In this document: positions 38,900-51,781 of the stretch, in pieces | Numbering within the stretch: the first letter of the stretch is position 1 | Layout: each line of letters opens with the position of its first letter | From: Lama glama | Lineage: Eukaryota | Direction: 5' to 3' | Assembly (NCBI GenBank): GCA_028534125.1 | Contig: CM052832.1 | Location: 7,380,001-7,444,000 of the forward strand | DNA: 64,000 nt | Made by a program: the position numbers and the translations under genes | Notes under the pieces: generated by a model | The model's input: only the letters and a program-made list of their open reading frames with translations | The model's database searches: none | Told to the model about the DNA's origin: nothing

Positions 38900-39318
38900 T
38901 GTAGAAGCCCCACCCAGATGTTTTTAATCTGGATGGAGTACCTGCCTATTCCTCATCTGTAGACTTGGTGACTGACAGCTCTTAGGTGTAACAGTTCTCC
39001 TCATCACTGCTGGGAATTACCTTGCCCAGAGGTACCTCAGACAGTAAGCGCCCCACTTTCCCAGGGGGTGGATGGGTGACCTGCAGCCAGTTACTGACTT
39101 ACGGAGTATGGGGACTTGGCCATGTCTCAAGACAGGATGACTCCCTGGTGCCATTTAGACTCCAGAGTTCACCGTGGGATCAGGCTAGACTTTAGCAACA
39201 CCCTTGGCCTTGTTGCTTTATCTTCTTCCTAAAATTTTTTTACAGAAAAGCACTTCCTCAGTCACTTACAAAGAATTCTCATTTTCGAGTTTTGTTTCTT
39301 GGGAACTTGACTTAAACT
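38900..39318 (+). mobile_element. LTR16-like (ERVL) solo LTR
   Basis: TGTAG...CTGACAGCTC...GGGAATT.CCTTGCCCA...CAGCCAGTTACTGACT...ACTCCAGAGTTCACCGTGGGATCAGGCT...GGGAACTTGACTTAA. Confidence 0.7.
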
Positions 39319-39399
39319 ACTCTCCCTCCTATTTAAAATTTGTCATCAGATATGCATAATAATTATCATTTTGACTGTTTTTTAGTTTTTAATTTATTT

Positions 39400-40010
39400 T
39401 TAATGTTTTATTTTTATTACAGAAGTTTCAGATGTACAGCATTTCAACATCTGTATACACTGCAAAGTGATCACAACCACAAGTCTAGTTACCATCTGTC
39501 ACCATACAGTTGACCACCCCCCATCCCCTCTGGTAACTGCTAATCTGTTCTCTATATCTATGAGTTTGGTTTTGTTTTGTTTGCTTTGTTTTATTTGCTT
39601 TGTTTTGTTTTTTCTTAGATTCCACATATGAGTGAAATCATAAGATACTTGTCTTTCTCTTTTTGATTTCTCTTACTTAGCATAGTGCCTTCAAGGTTCA
39701 TCCATGTTGCAGATGGCAGGATTTCATTCTCATTTTCTTTATGGCTGAGTAGTATTCCCTTGTATATGTTTAAAATATGCAAATAGAGGGTGGCATTAAG
39801 TATGTTCACAGTGTTGCACAATTATCTGGTTACCAGTCTCTAGTTGCCACTGTCTAGTTCAGAACTTTTTCATCACCCCAAAAAGCAACCCCATACTCAT
39901 TGAGTAGTTACTTATGTTAACCCCCACCCCAACCCCCCCAAAAAACCCCAGCTACTGACAACACCTAGGAGCGGAGTTACTGGGTCATATTGTAATTCTG
40001 TGTGTATTTT
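39400..40010 (-). mobile_element. L1 3' fragments (L1MA9/L1MB-like)
   Basis: AGTGATCACAACCACAAGTCTAGTTACCATCTGTCACCATACAG...TAGATTCCACATATGAGTGAAATCATA. ORF 39615-39821 resembles the ORF2 C-terminus (ATWMNLEG.MLS...KEKDKY.MISLICGI). Confidence 0.85.
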
Positions 40011-40809
40011 CAATAACAAAAGCAGAGGTTTTTTTTCTTTTTATGTTTTAGTGTCAGGAGGGCCTACTCTTAGATATAATCCTGCAATGTAAGAGACTAT
40101 ATATAGAATGTTTATGATCATGTCTTTAGATCTTTGGGACCTAGGGCAGCTTCAGGATGGTGTGATTTTGGGTGAACCTCAACCTCTGTTTTCATCTGTA
40201 AGACAGAGTTAAGAGAGTACTCCCCCCGCCTTTGGACTTTTGTAAGGATGCCGTTAGATAATGTATGTAAGCAAATAAGTGCAGTGCTACAGTGCTATTG
40301 CAAGTCCTCACGGTAATGTTAGGAGAGATGAGGAAATGGAAGTAATGGAGGCTAAGTGACTTATCCACAGTCTTGCAGTTAATAGGGTTGGCAGGAGAAG
40401 CAGATGCCAGTCGCCACCTGCCTCTCACTGCCCACTGTGACTTTGTGGTTTCTGGCCTCACCAAAGTTTTGACCATGTTATGTTTAATGCATATCTTTGT
40501 TACACAGGGAAATAGGCAAGGGGCAAGAATCATAGTGGATTTTCCGTGGCTGTTAGCATTGATGGGAAGTTGCATAACAATAATATTTTACTGATGGTAA
40601 AGAGTCTAGAGAGTCTGGAGAAATACTGTATGTCCAAAATTGCTGTTAGATTGCCAAAAGGTTATATGAATTGATAATCTCATTGTGGTTCCGATTAACT
40701 TCTAAGAGAATATTATTTTGAGAACTCTTTTCTACTTGGTGATACTGTTGGTATGAGAGAAAAGCTGTGTTATCTTTGAATTTTGAAGGGGATAATTTGA
40801 ATTTTTCTT

Positions 40810-41710
40810 CTATTGCTTAATAAGTGTGACTTTGAGTAAGCCACATAACCTCTGAGATGCTATCCTAAATCACTAAAAATGATGATAATGCATCTTGAAA
40901 GATTATTGTAAGGCTAAGATGAGATAAAGTTTCATTCCCTTATGGTAGATGTAGCATTCATGTGTTATCTCATCCCTTTGTCAGCTGAGTAGGGCCTCTT
41001 TATCTCTTTTGCAAATGAGGAAGCTAAAGATTAGAGAAAGGTTATGTGAATTGACTAGGGTCACACAGCTAACAGGTAGTGAGTCTAAGAGTTGAGCCCA
41101 GGTCTGTCTGCCTCTCGTTGCTAGCTAGAATTCCGTATAGAAGAGTGGTGTTTCAGGTGGGAGTTAGACTGGAAAATGCCCGTGGTGTCTCTGTTAGGCT
41201 TTATCTTCCCAAGGCCAGCCTTCTTACTTTTTCTGTTTTGCTTGTAGTTAATGGTTGAGTCAGACTTCTTGGGTTTGCAACTTGGCTTCATGATTTGTTT
41301 GCTGTATGACTAGGAGTGAAGTACTTCACTTTCTTGGCCTTCAGGTTCCTCATTTGTCAGCTGAGAGTAGCAAGACATAATGGGATTTGAGGATGTCCTA
41401 TTGTGGGATACATTAGTACACAGATGAAGCCTGCAGTCATGTTCGCTACTGTTGTCTTTTGACATTTGAAACAGTAGTGTGGAAGGAGTTTGGAATTGGA
41501 TAGACCTGGGATCTGGTATAATTCCTACTTTTTAATTTTGAGTGAGGCTTTCATTGAACAAGTTAATTTTTTTGAAACTTAGTTTTTTCCCTGTCTTTGG
41601 AGAGAGAGATAATAAGATCTACCTTACAGGACTTTTGTTGATGTTTAAATGATGAGAGATTTAAAACAATGCCCAGAAGAGTACATACAAAAAAAAAAAT
41701 ATTAGCTTTC
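40810..41710. mobile_element. Cluster of about four MIR fragments in both orientations
   Basis: Repeated MIR cores: TGTGACTTTGAGTAAG; GCAAATGAGGAAGCTAA...GGTCACACAGCTA; GGTTCCTCATTTGT; GACCTGGGAT...ACAATGCCCAG. Confidence 0.65.
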
Positions 41711-42759
41711 TCTCCCTTTCTATTCCGTACTCCAGACTTTTTTTGTGAAATCGTCGATGTCCTGGTGGTCCTTCTCTGGAAGGGATTCATTTGGTCCTTG
41801 GACAGCGCAGTTCAGAGCTACCTGCAGCACGGCCGATGTGGTACAGCCTGTGCCTGATGGACAGTCGCGGTCTCACGTCTGTGTGCTGTTAGCTCAGTGC
41901 TTGTCTTCCTTTTCATCCACAAGAGAAAGCAAGAGGCTTTATATTTCCCAAGTAGTTTTAAAATTTAGACTGAATTTGTCCAAAGAAAGATAATTGTATT
42001 TTAATATTTGAATAAGAAATTGTTGCTATTAACAAAAATAATTCATACTTCAGTCTTCTCTGTACTGGTGTTAACAGCTGACTAGTATGATTTTTCTTTA
42101 AAATCTTTCAGCAAGCATATTTAGTAACTATCTCACCCTTCGCTCTGAGACTCACCACACAAGATAATGCAGGTGTTACTGCTGGATTATTTTCTTATAT
42201 TTACCTCTTTTTTAGGAACTGAAGATAAGTAATTATACATAAGTATTTTCTAAAAAGTCTGTTAATATATTATCTGACTTCTCAGTAAATTATTGTCATT
42301 AGGGTATCTTTTGAATATAATGCCACTAATGGTTAGATAGTATTGTCTTAGATTGGTACTGTCTTCTGATGTACTTTGCCTTACCCCCGGGGGGGCTCCC
42401 CTGGGTAGTTCAGCCTTTCCCTGCTCTCTCAGCCAGTGTAAATCCTCTAACCATGCTTGACAGTCCAGCTTGTTTATGGATTTCCTATTGTTAAAACTGT
42501 GTGCCTTATATTATCCTTTATTACTTTATGTTTTTGCATTCACTCATTGTATGTTCAGAGTACTTGTTCAATACAGTACATGGTAGTAACTGTGCTTAGT
42601 GCTGGAGGTATAGAATGGATAAAGGACATTGGAGTGTATTAGGTGGTAAATGGATGAGCAAAACAGCATCATAAGGATGACGGGGAGAGGATCATAACAG
42701 CCTTAGGGGAGAGCAGTTGGGCTGGATGTGATACTTACACTGAATTTTAAGAGAATAAT

Positions 42760-43000
42760 TATAGCTGACACTTGAAGTGTATCTTGCATGGCTCATACTG
42801 TTTTAAGGCTTTATATACAGTAACTTATATACATCTCAACAAATTATATGTAGCTACCATTATTATCACAGTTTCCAAATAAGTAAGACATGACACAGAG
42901 AGATAAGGACTTTGCCAAGATAATACAGGATTTAGTTCAATTTGGAGGAGGGATTCAGTTTTGGGCAGTTTGGCCCCAAAGCCTGTGCTCCTAAACATTT
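42760..43000 (-). mobile_element. MIR SINE
   Basis: ATAGCTGACACTTGA...ACTGTTTTAAGGCTTTA...CACAGAGAGATAAGGACTTTGCCAAG...CCCAAAGCCTGTGCTCCTAA. Confidence 0.7.
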
Positions 43001-44377
43001 GCTATATTGTCTCTCAGGCCTCCTGGAGTCCCAGGGTTGGGATAGGGGAGAGGGTTGTGCCACCGGGGCCGGTAGTCACGGGGACATACAGGGAGTAAGT
43101 TGGGGAATTCCAAAGAGATGGGGCTGTCTAGACAGAACATTGTATGTGACGTTGTAGAGTCTTGAGAGATCGTAGCCATTCTGAGGGAACTGTGGGTTCT
43201 GTACTCAGCACTTGGCTTGTATGTGAAAGATTGGTGGGCGATGAGGCTGGGAAGTAGATGGATTTAGATAACGAAAGACTTTGTGTACTATGCTTACAGT
43301 ATCTTGAAATCCTGCGCTGCTTTGAGGGTGACTGTGTGTTAGTTCCTTTTGTCTCTTTTGAGGTCAAAATTTGTACCTGTGTCTACCTTCATTTACGTCT
43401 CTCTGGAGTGAGTACAGGTCAAGTGGGGAGTATAGCAGAAGACAAGATTTCAGACATGTTAGGGACTCCATCATGTAGGGCTTTTTAGGAATATCAGGAA
43501 CAGGATTCCACAGAATTTTATTTAGTGACAGTTTTCCTGTTGTACTTAGGATCTGAAAGTTTTAAATTTCAAGAATTACTTGAATATTTTTTTCCAGAAA
43601 GATTATTCAAATACTCCTGTTTTTCTTTTGAAATAAACTACTTATCAAAAATTTATATCACAACTTCTGTCAGTTAGATTATTTTTATACTCTTGAAGGT
43701 CAAAATAAGCACTTTCTGTGTTTACTGTCTTATTCATGGATGATTTATAGTTCTTCTAAATATGTCTGCTTGTTGTCCAAGAATGCCCCAGTCAAGTGTT
43801 TTTTAACTGATTGTTCTGTCATTCTTTATTATCTTTATTGAACAAGTCACAGACTTACCATTGTACTCTTTTCAATGTAATTCTTGCTCATAAATTGTAG
43901 TGCTTTGAAGAAATCATTTAGTTCTTTTGAAATGACATTTAAAATGAAATCAACTTTTAGTTGTTACAAAAAGTAACAGCTGAGACTTTGTAAGCTACTG
44001 TTGGTGGCTTTGGAAGCCAGTTGGTTAGCTAGTTGTCATAATGAGGTCATTTTCCAAAAGAAGATGAAGTCATTTGCCATCTTGTTTTAGTCATACTGGG
44101 CTTTTTCTTTGACCAAATATTTTCAAATTACACTTTCCCACCCACTTATTTTCATAGTTGCTAATACCTTCATGGACTAAGATAATGATGGAACTTTTAA
44201 AAGGCAACAGTTTATACTTAAGATGGTCAGTATGTGATTTGTGTTTTAGACCATAGTTAGAAAAAGACCTCTATAGACTTGAAATATTATTAATTTATAT
44301 TTCCTAAGGGGAGAGCCAAGTAGTGTGTGGAGTTCTGTGTGTAAATCTCTACTACTGAGCTATCCTTTCCCCTTCCA

Positions 44378-45870
44378 GAATACCTGTACCATTCTGCATT
44401 CCTACCTGCAGTGAATGTTCCTTTTGCTCCACATCCTTGTCAACATGTGGTGTTGTCGGTTCTTCTTGTTGAGTGTTAAGAGCTCTTCACGTATTTTGGG
44501 TAACAGTCTTTTATCAGATGTCTTTTGCAAAAGTTGTGGCTTATTTTCTCATGCTTTTGACAATGCCTTTCCCAAAGCAGAAATGTTTAATTCCAGTGAG
44601 GTCCAACTTCTCGGTTATTTCCTCATGGACTGTGCCTTTGGTGTTGTATTGGAAAAGTCATCACCATGCCCAAGATCATCTAGGTTTCCTCCTGTGTTAC
44701 CTTTTATGAATTTTACAGTTCTGCATTTTACATTTAGGTCTGTGATCTATTTTGAGTTAGTTTTTCTGAAGGATATAAGGTCTGTGTTTTGATTCATTTG
44801 TTTGCACGTGAATGTCCATCTGTTTGAGTACCATCTGTTCCATTCTATACCTTTGCTCCTTTATCAAAGATCAGTTGGCTGTAATCATGTGGGCCTATTT
44901 CTGGGCTCTATCCGGAACCATTGATTTATTTGTCTGCTCTTTCACTAGCCCACGCTGTCTTGATTACTGTAGGTTTATCCTAGTTGCCTTTATTTCTTCA
45001 TTTGGAGTTTGGTTACTGTCTACTGTCCTTTCATTTCTGCATAAAGGACTCCCTTTAGTATTTCTTGTAGGGCAGGTCTGCTAGCAGTGAACAGTTTGTT
45101 TCCTGGGGATGTCTTGATTTCTCCTTCATTTTAAAGGATAGGTTGCCAGGTATAGAATTCTTAGTTACATTTTTTTTTTCTTTGCAACACTTTCAGTATT
45201 ACCTCACAGCCTTCCCCCCCACCCCCACCCCATGGTTTCTGGTAAGAAATGAGATGTTACTGTCATTGGGGACCCTTTGTACTTAATGATTTGATTCTCT
45301 GTTGCTCAAGATTCTCTCTCCATCTCTCAGCAGTTGACTATGCTGTGTCTAGGTACAGATCTCTTCAGGATATCTTATTAGGAGTTTGTTGAATTTCTTT
45401 GATGTGTAATTTTTCCCATCAGATTTGTGACCTTTTCATTCATTATTTATCAAATATTCTTTTTTTTCCTCTCTCTACTCTCCTTTGACATTCTCTTTAT
45501 GTGTCTGTTGGTTAGCTTGATGGTGCTTCATACGTCTCTTAATTTTTCTTCATTCTGTTTTTCCCTCTCTGTTATTCTGGACTGGATGATCTCAGTTTTA
45601 CTGTTCTCACATTTGCTGATTCTTTCTTCTGCCTGTACAGGTATGTTTTTGAACCCCTCTGGTGAATTTTTTTACTTTAGTTCTTATACTTTTTAACTCC
45701 AAAATTTGAAACTATTTGTTTTATGTCATTTCTGCCTCTTTTTGTTTATTGAAACATAGTTCCCATACTTCTCTCCTTTTGTTATTTAGACAGTTTTTAA
45801 AGGGCTTTTGAGCATACTTAAAATAACTATTTAAAGTCTTTGTCTAGTAAGTCAAGTATCTGGGCTTCCT
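44378..45870 (-). mobile_element. Degenerate L1 fragments (ORF2 3' part joined to ORF1/inter-ORF part)
   Basis: TGTACCATTCTGCATTCC...TTTACATTTAGGTCTGTGATCTATTTTGAGTTA...GTCTTGATTACTGTAG, then TTTCTTGTAGGGCAGGTCTGCTAG...CTCCTTCATTTT..AGGATAG...GGTATAGAATTCT. Confidence 0.85.
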
Positions 45871-48800
45871 CTGGGACATTTCATGCTGTGTGCTTTTTTC
45901 CCCCTACATAGGTCTTACTTACAGATTGTCCTTAGTTTGCCACATTTGTACCTTTAGTCATTTCACTAGGAGGGAGAATAGGATAGTTGGGAGAGGGGAA
46001 TGTATTGGTTTAATCTTGTGTGTGGAAGAGGAGGAAGTCCAGTGTATTATTGTGGAGAATTACACTTTTACATTTGCAAAGTCCTTTATGGTTTATAAAC
46101 CAAGTGTTTAATGTACATGTCTAACTTCATTCTTCATTTGAGCTTTTTCAAAACTCCATGAGACAGACACACTAAATCATAATAAATACATTTTATAGAA
46201 TGAAAAAAATTGAAGTTCAAAAAAGATTAGGTAGTTTGTCTAGTGTGTTTTTATTATTAAGTAAGAAATCCTGAGTCCACACTCAGGTCTTCTGATATGT
46301 CAGTTTAAGAGAGTAGATAGAGATTTAGATCCAAACTCAAAAGGAGGAATGGAAAGAATAAGTAAGTATGCTGAAATGTGGGTTTTCTTCTGGTTATTTT
46401 CATTGGGAAGTATTATTGATAGGCTTTATTTTAAGAAAAAAGACTCAATTAAAAAAATTGTACTTATTTGAGGATGGGAAAAGATCAGATACACAAAGTT
46501 ACACACTGCATGGATCACTCTGCTGCTTCCTGGACTCTGAGCTCACTGTCTAGTTTATGTAGCAGATACTTAAACATACCATTATAACATGGCCTGACTA
46601 ATGATTTAGTTGTGATATAATCATACCTTGTATTTGTATATTTTTTATTATAGCTTGCATAATGTTTTTGTTCTTACATACTCCCTTTGGTTTCATCTTC
46701 TGCTCCCCAATATGAATTATTTACTACAGCAGTCAAAATTATTTTGCTCTTTTAAGAATTAACCTCTACTTTCAAAACTTTAGTCAGCCGTCATGTCTCC
46801 TCACATGCCTTTCCATACCCTTAATTCTGGGGCTCTACTGTATCACTTATGATACTGTCCTCCAATTATAGGTACTGTCTCTGCCTTATTGACAAGGATT
46901 TTGAGGCTTGAGAAGTTGTGTTTTTTGAGTTTTAGTCCTGAGGGCTTAGGACAGGACTTGTCAACTGGTAGATCCTTAGAAAAAGTTCATTGAAGAAATT
47001 GAATTATATAACTGTAACTTTGCTACAGTCCCCCCAGGTTAAATCATTGTCCCTGTGTTACAGAGAAGGAAACAACGCTGGTATGGATTACGTTTTCCAA
47101 GTCTTACAGTTAGTGAGCATCAGAACCTGGATGCCAGATACATTCTTGTGCTCTCCCGGAGACAGTACACTGTACAAGAAGAACCAGCTGACTGGGGTGA
47201 CAGGGAGGTCGTGCCCACCGGCTTGTGCTGCGTTAGTACCTTAACCTTACGTGAGAAAGTGATGGAGAAAGGAAAAATGTCTTGGTATCATTACAAATTC
47301 GCAGCAGCAGTTAGATTGAATTTACTTCCAGTTTAGAAGATTTAGACATTTCCAGGCCCCTGGCTTAACGTTAATAATGTCTTAATAGTTTGAGCTTAAT
47401 TATCAGATTTTAACTATCAAATGTAACATTAATGTAGTGGAAAACTTTTCCAGTTAATGGATCAGCGCAATGATTTAGAAGAAACTAGCCCCACCTACTA
47501 CTCTCCTTATGTCATTTAATAAGGTAACTCCTTTTTCCTTCCTTAAAATAGGCTTAATTTTCTTGAGAAACTGAGCAAATGAAAGAAAAAAAGTTGGCTG
47601 CTAATCTTTCCATTTCCCTTCACCACCACAATTAAAAAATGTATATAAAACCTGTAAGTAAAAGCTGGCTTATTTATTGATGCAGGCAGTATAATGGTGG
47701 CTAATTTCATTTGTTTAGATCAGGAATTTATTGCAAGGAGTTAGGACTGTGACACAGCCAGGTCAGGTCTTTCCCACCAATGCTCACCTTGGTGACTTCG
47801 ATGTAGCTCAGCTAAGGCTTTCACGTAGTTCTTACTGAGATAGCAGATACCTGATTGTATTTTGTTCGGCTATTTGGCCAGCTTGGTAAGAAAGTCTTCT
47901 GTTGTTCAGACAATCTTTTATATAGGTAATCCAGATAAGGATTTTCAGGAGTTTTTTTGTTTTTCATAAAATAGTAAAGATTCTATAAATATTTTTGTAC
48001 CACTACTCCCCAAGGAATTGGCAAAAGCTATTACATATCCTTATGCAGTTAATGTTAATTCATTTTTTATTGGTTTAATTAAAATGTAGGAGTAACAGAC
48101 AAATGATCTGTATTATGAAAGACCTAAATATTAATTAAAATTTGACTTATCATTAAACATATTGTAGGTTTTAAAATGGTATATTATGATTGCCATTCAA
48201 TCAGTAATGCTATTTAGAATGCTATTTAGTTAGCTTGACTTTTCTCTAAATAGGTTAATTTTTTTTTAAGGCGCATTGATTTCTGATAGGAATAAATTGA
48301 ATGTGCAGTGACCGTGTCCGCTTTGGCCATGATTTTTTAGGTAAACCACAGCTAATTCATAAAGTGCTGTGGACCCTTTAATACCTACCAAAAGTGGGCA
48401 GGCTGTCAACTTGGAAGATTCCATCTAAAACATATTCCTTCATTTGGCCCTTGAAAAATTCTCCCGCAGTACCCTGCATAGAATGTAGTTTATTTACCGA
48501 AAAGAAGGAATGGTTGAGTCAACTCACAGGAGATAAATCTGTGGTAGGTGTTACAGGCTGATTTTTAAGCCACACACCATCTCCCTCTTTTAGTTTATTT
48601 TCCTTGCTAATATGTAAATTTCATTAACGAAGCCAGGAGGGCTCATTCAGATATGTTTTAGACTTCTGTTCAGGGAAGGAAAACAGTGCTTTTGTCAGGA
48701 GATGACAAATTAGTTTTGTCACTGAGTAAGTTCACAGCTTTTAGGAGAGGATTAAGTTTTTTATTCACTCTCTATTAAGACATGAGAAAAGTAACTATCT

Positions 48801-50262
48801 ATTGTTAATTTATATTTTTAATAGTTAATTGCACTGTTAAATTATAATATCCAACATTACCTTCTGTTAGATTAACTGACAGAAATGAACCGGTTACTTC
48901 CAGTATCAGCTTTGAGCATCAACATTAAGCTGCCTTCCGTGGAGGGGATCAGTGTGCAGCATGCAGGTTCCAGCCAAAGCCCAACCTCGGCACCAGAGGT
49001 ACTAGTTTTTACATGGCTTGATTAAAAAAGAGGAGGCTCCTATGCACTGAAATTTTCTCTTTTAAAATGGGCACGTTTCCCAGCATAAATATGATACTTC
49101 TGTACTAATCAGGATGGAGTCTTATCCTGCAATGGGACTTACATTTTGGGCTTTTCACCACATCATTGCTGTTTTCTACGTGGTCAAAAATAGATATAGA
49201 GTAAACCAACCCCAAAAGTCAATTACAGGGTTTTATAGTGATGTACTGTGAAAAATTTGGTCGTGTTTTTCATTATACAGAATGTTCTTTCCAAAGACAT
49301 AAACAGAAAAAGCACATATGTTTGATTTTAAAAATAACTCTGCTTAGCTCTTTAAAATGCTGGAGACATTTTGGATACTTTTAAATGATCAGCATTATAA
49401 TTACATGATAAACCCTCTATCTAAAGGCAGCCTGTAATTATTTATTCAATTGCTCTCCCACTTTAAAAAAATTCTTTTTTATGAGGGATCAACATAGATA
49501 CTTGGAAAGTATTTCTAACATACATTTGAATGATCTGGTAAACTCATCTTATTTTCTAATCTCTTCCCAAGAAGCAAATGCTAATATGTATTATATCACT
49601 TTTGGAGCATATGTGCTAATTTACAAGTAATATATTATAAAAAGTATGGAAAATGAAAACCATTTGTCCATTATGAATTAGTACTGTGTTTAAAGTATGA
49701 TTTGTGAACTCTGTTTGCTAGTGTAGTTGCTAAAGTAATACAAAATGGTACTTAAAATCATTTAAAGTTAAACTTGACATTCTTAAGGAAAGCTTATCTC
49801 AGCCTCACAAAATCTTAAAGTGAATGAAAAATTTTGTTATGCTGATATTTTATTGGAAGGGATACTTCAAAGCCTTATAATTTAAAATCCAATTTTTTAT
49901 TAATGATTATTTGTCATTTTTCCAGCTTTAAACTGCAGTTAATTTATATTTTGGCTGTTTGAAGACATACAAATAAATGTTTCACATTTAATGCTTTGCT
50001 TCTGTAGTTAAGGCTTAATTTTCCACAGCCAGATTTCAGCCTAATGGAAGTCTTGGTTTCTTTGCTTTATTGAAATGGTTGCTTTCTGTGTCATCTAAGT
50101 CTTCTACTCACTGACTGACATTGTAATTATCCATTTACTCCTACAAATAACACTAGCACAATAGTAACTGAGTGGTAACACTTTTTAAAGCTGGTAACTT
50201 CTCTCATTTCTGGGATCATATAAATAAGAAAATCAGAAGTTTTGTTTCTTTCCATATATACC

Positions 50263-51781
50263 TGTAGCAGATGTTTTTGATTTGGCTGATTAAGCCCATT
50301 CTTACCTTCTTTCTTTCTGGAAGAGTCCTGATTTTACGTTTTTAAAAATCCTGAATAATCCAAACCGCAATAATGATGACCCTTTTCTTATCAGTAATTG
50401 GTTTAGGAAGAGTCATGTGACCCAAACATAGTCTGTGAGATACGAGAAGTTTGAATGGCTTCTTGGGAAGGTTCCTTCCCTGATAAAACAAATTACCAGG
50501 GAAAAGCAGCCCCTCTCCCCTGGGTGGAAAGCATGAAACTGCTGTCGCATTATAATGGAAGGGTCTGGGCTGTGGAACCATGCTGCCTGGGTCAGGATCC
50601 CAACTTTTCCCTTACTAGCTTTGTGACTGTGGGCAGATTATGTCATCTCTCTGTATCTCAGTTTCTCTTACTGTAAAAGTGGGGCTGTAAAAATTGGACC
50701 ATTAGTCACTAGAGAAAAAAAATTGGACCATTAGTCACTAGGGAAATGTAAATCAAAACCACAGTGGAATACCCTTTTATTACCCACCAGGATGGCTAGA
50801 AAAGAATCAAAGTCAGAAACCGACAAGTATTGGTGAAGATGTGGAGACATCAAACCCTCATACACTGCTAGTGGGGATGTAAAATGGTCCATCTGCTTTG
50901 GGAAACAGTATAGTAATTCCTCAAATGATTAAACATAGTGTTGCCTGTATGACTGACTAGCGGTTCCACTCCTAGGTATATACCCAAGAGAACTGAAAAC
51001 GTACATCAACACAGAAACTTTTACACATACACTTACAGCAGCATTATTCATAGTGGCCAAAAGGTGGAAACAACTTGAATGTCCTTCAGTGGATGAATGT
51101 GTAAACAAAACACTGTGTCAGTACAACAGAGTATTATTTGGCTGCAAAAAGGGCCAAAGTACTGATACATGCCGCAACATGGGTGAACCTTGGGAACATT
51201 ATGGTAAGTGAAAGAAGCCAGTCACAAAGGACCACATACCGCATTACTCCGGTCAAATGAAGGTCTGGAGTAGGGGAATTTGTAGAGACAGAAGATAGAT
51301 TAGTGGTTGCTTAGAGTTGTGGCTGACAACAGGACAGAGGATGGGAAGTGACAGCTAAAGGTTACAGGGTTTCTTCTTCAGGTGATAAAAATGTTCTAAA
51401 ATTGACTATGATGATGGTCGCCATTGAATGGTACATGTTAAATCAGTGATTTATATGCTATATGAGTTATATTTCAATAAAGCGGTTAAAAATGGAGCTA
51501 CTTTATAGGCTGTTGTAAGAATTAAATATGTTAATGAACGAAAAGTTTTTTTAGAACAGTGCTTGGCTCATAGCAAGAACTCAAATAATGCTAAGTATGC
51601 TAAGAATTAATTATAGCCCTGAGAGGAGCAGGTCAGGTAACAGGCAAAAACAGAAGAGAGAAGGTCCTGGAGTTGGAAAGCACTCAGACTGCCTTGCTTT
51701 GAAACTACTTATGCAATAAAATAAGCTGTGTGATCCAGGGCTTTCTGTGTCTTGCAGCTGAGGGCACTTTACTGATGTAAC
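50263..51781 (+). mobile_element. Nested composite: LTR33-like LTR (50263-50560 and 51615-51781) split by a MIR (50565-50690 and 51495-51612), itself split by an L1MB-like 3' fragment (50699-51490)
   Basis: LTR-like TGTAGCAGATG...GTCATGTGACCCA and end CTTGCAGCTGA...ACTGAT. MIR halves CTGGGTCAGGATCCC...CTCAGTTTCTC and GTTGTAAGAATTAAAT...AGAACAGTGCTTGGC. L1 GGAAATGTAAATCAAAACCACA...GTGAAAGAAGCCAGTCACAAAGGACCACATA...TTCAATAAAG. Confidence 0.75.

Noticed and set aside
46990..47336. Overlapping plus-strand ORFs as a possible SUPT3H exon
   Set aside because: No similarity to Spt3 histone-fold sequence and no convincing splice-site pair.
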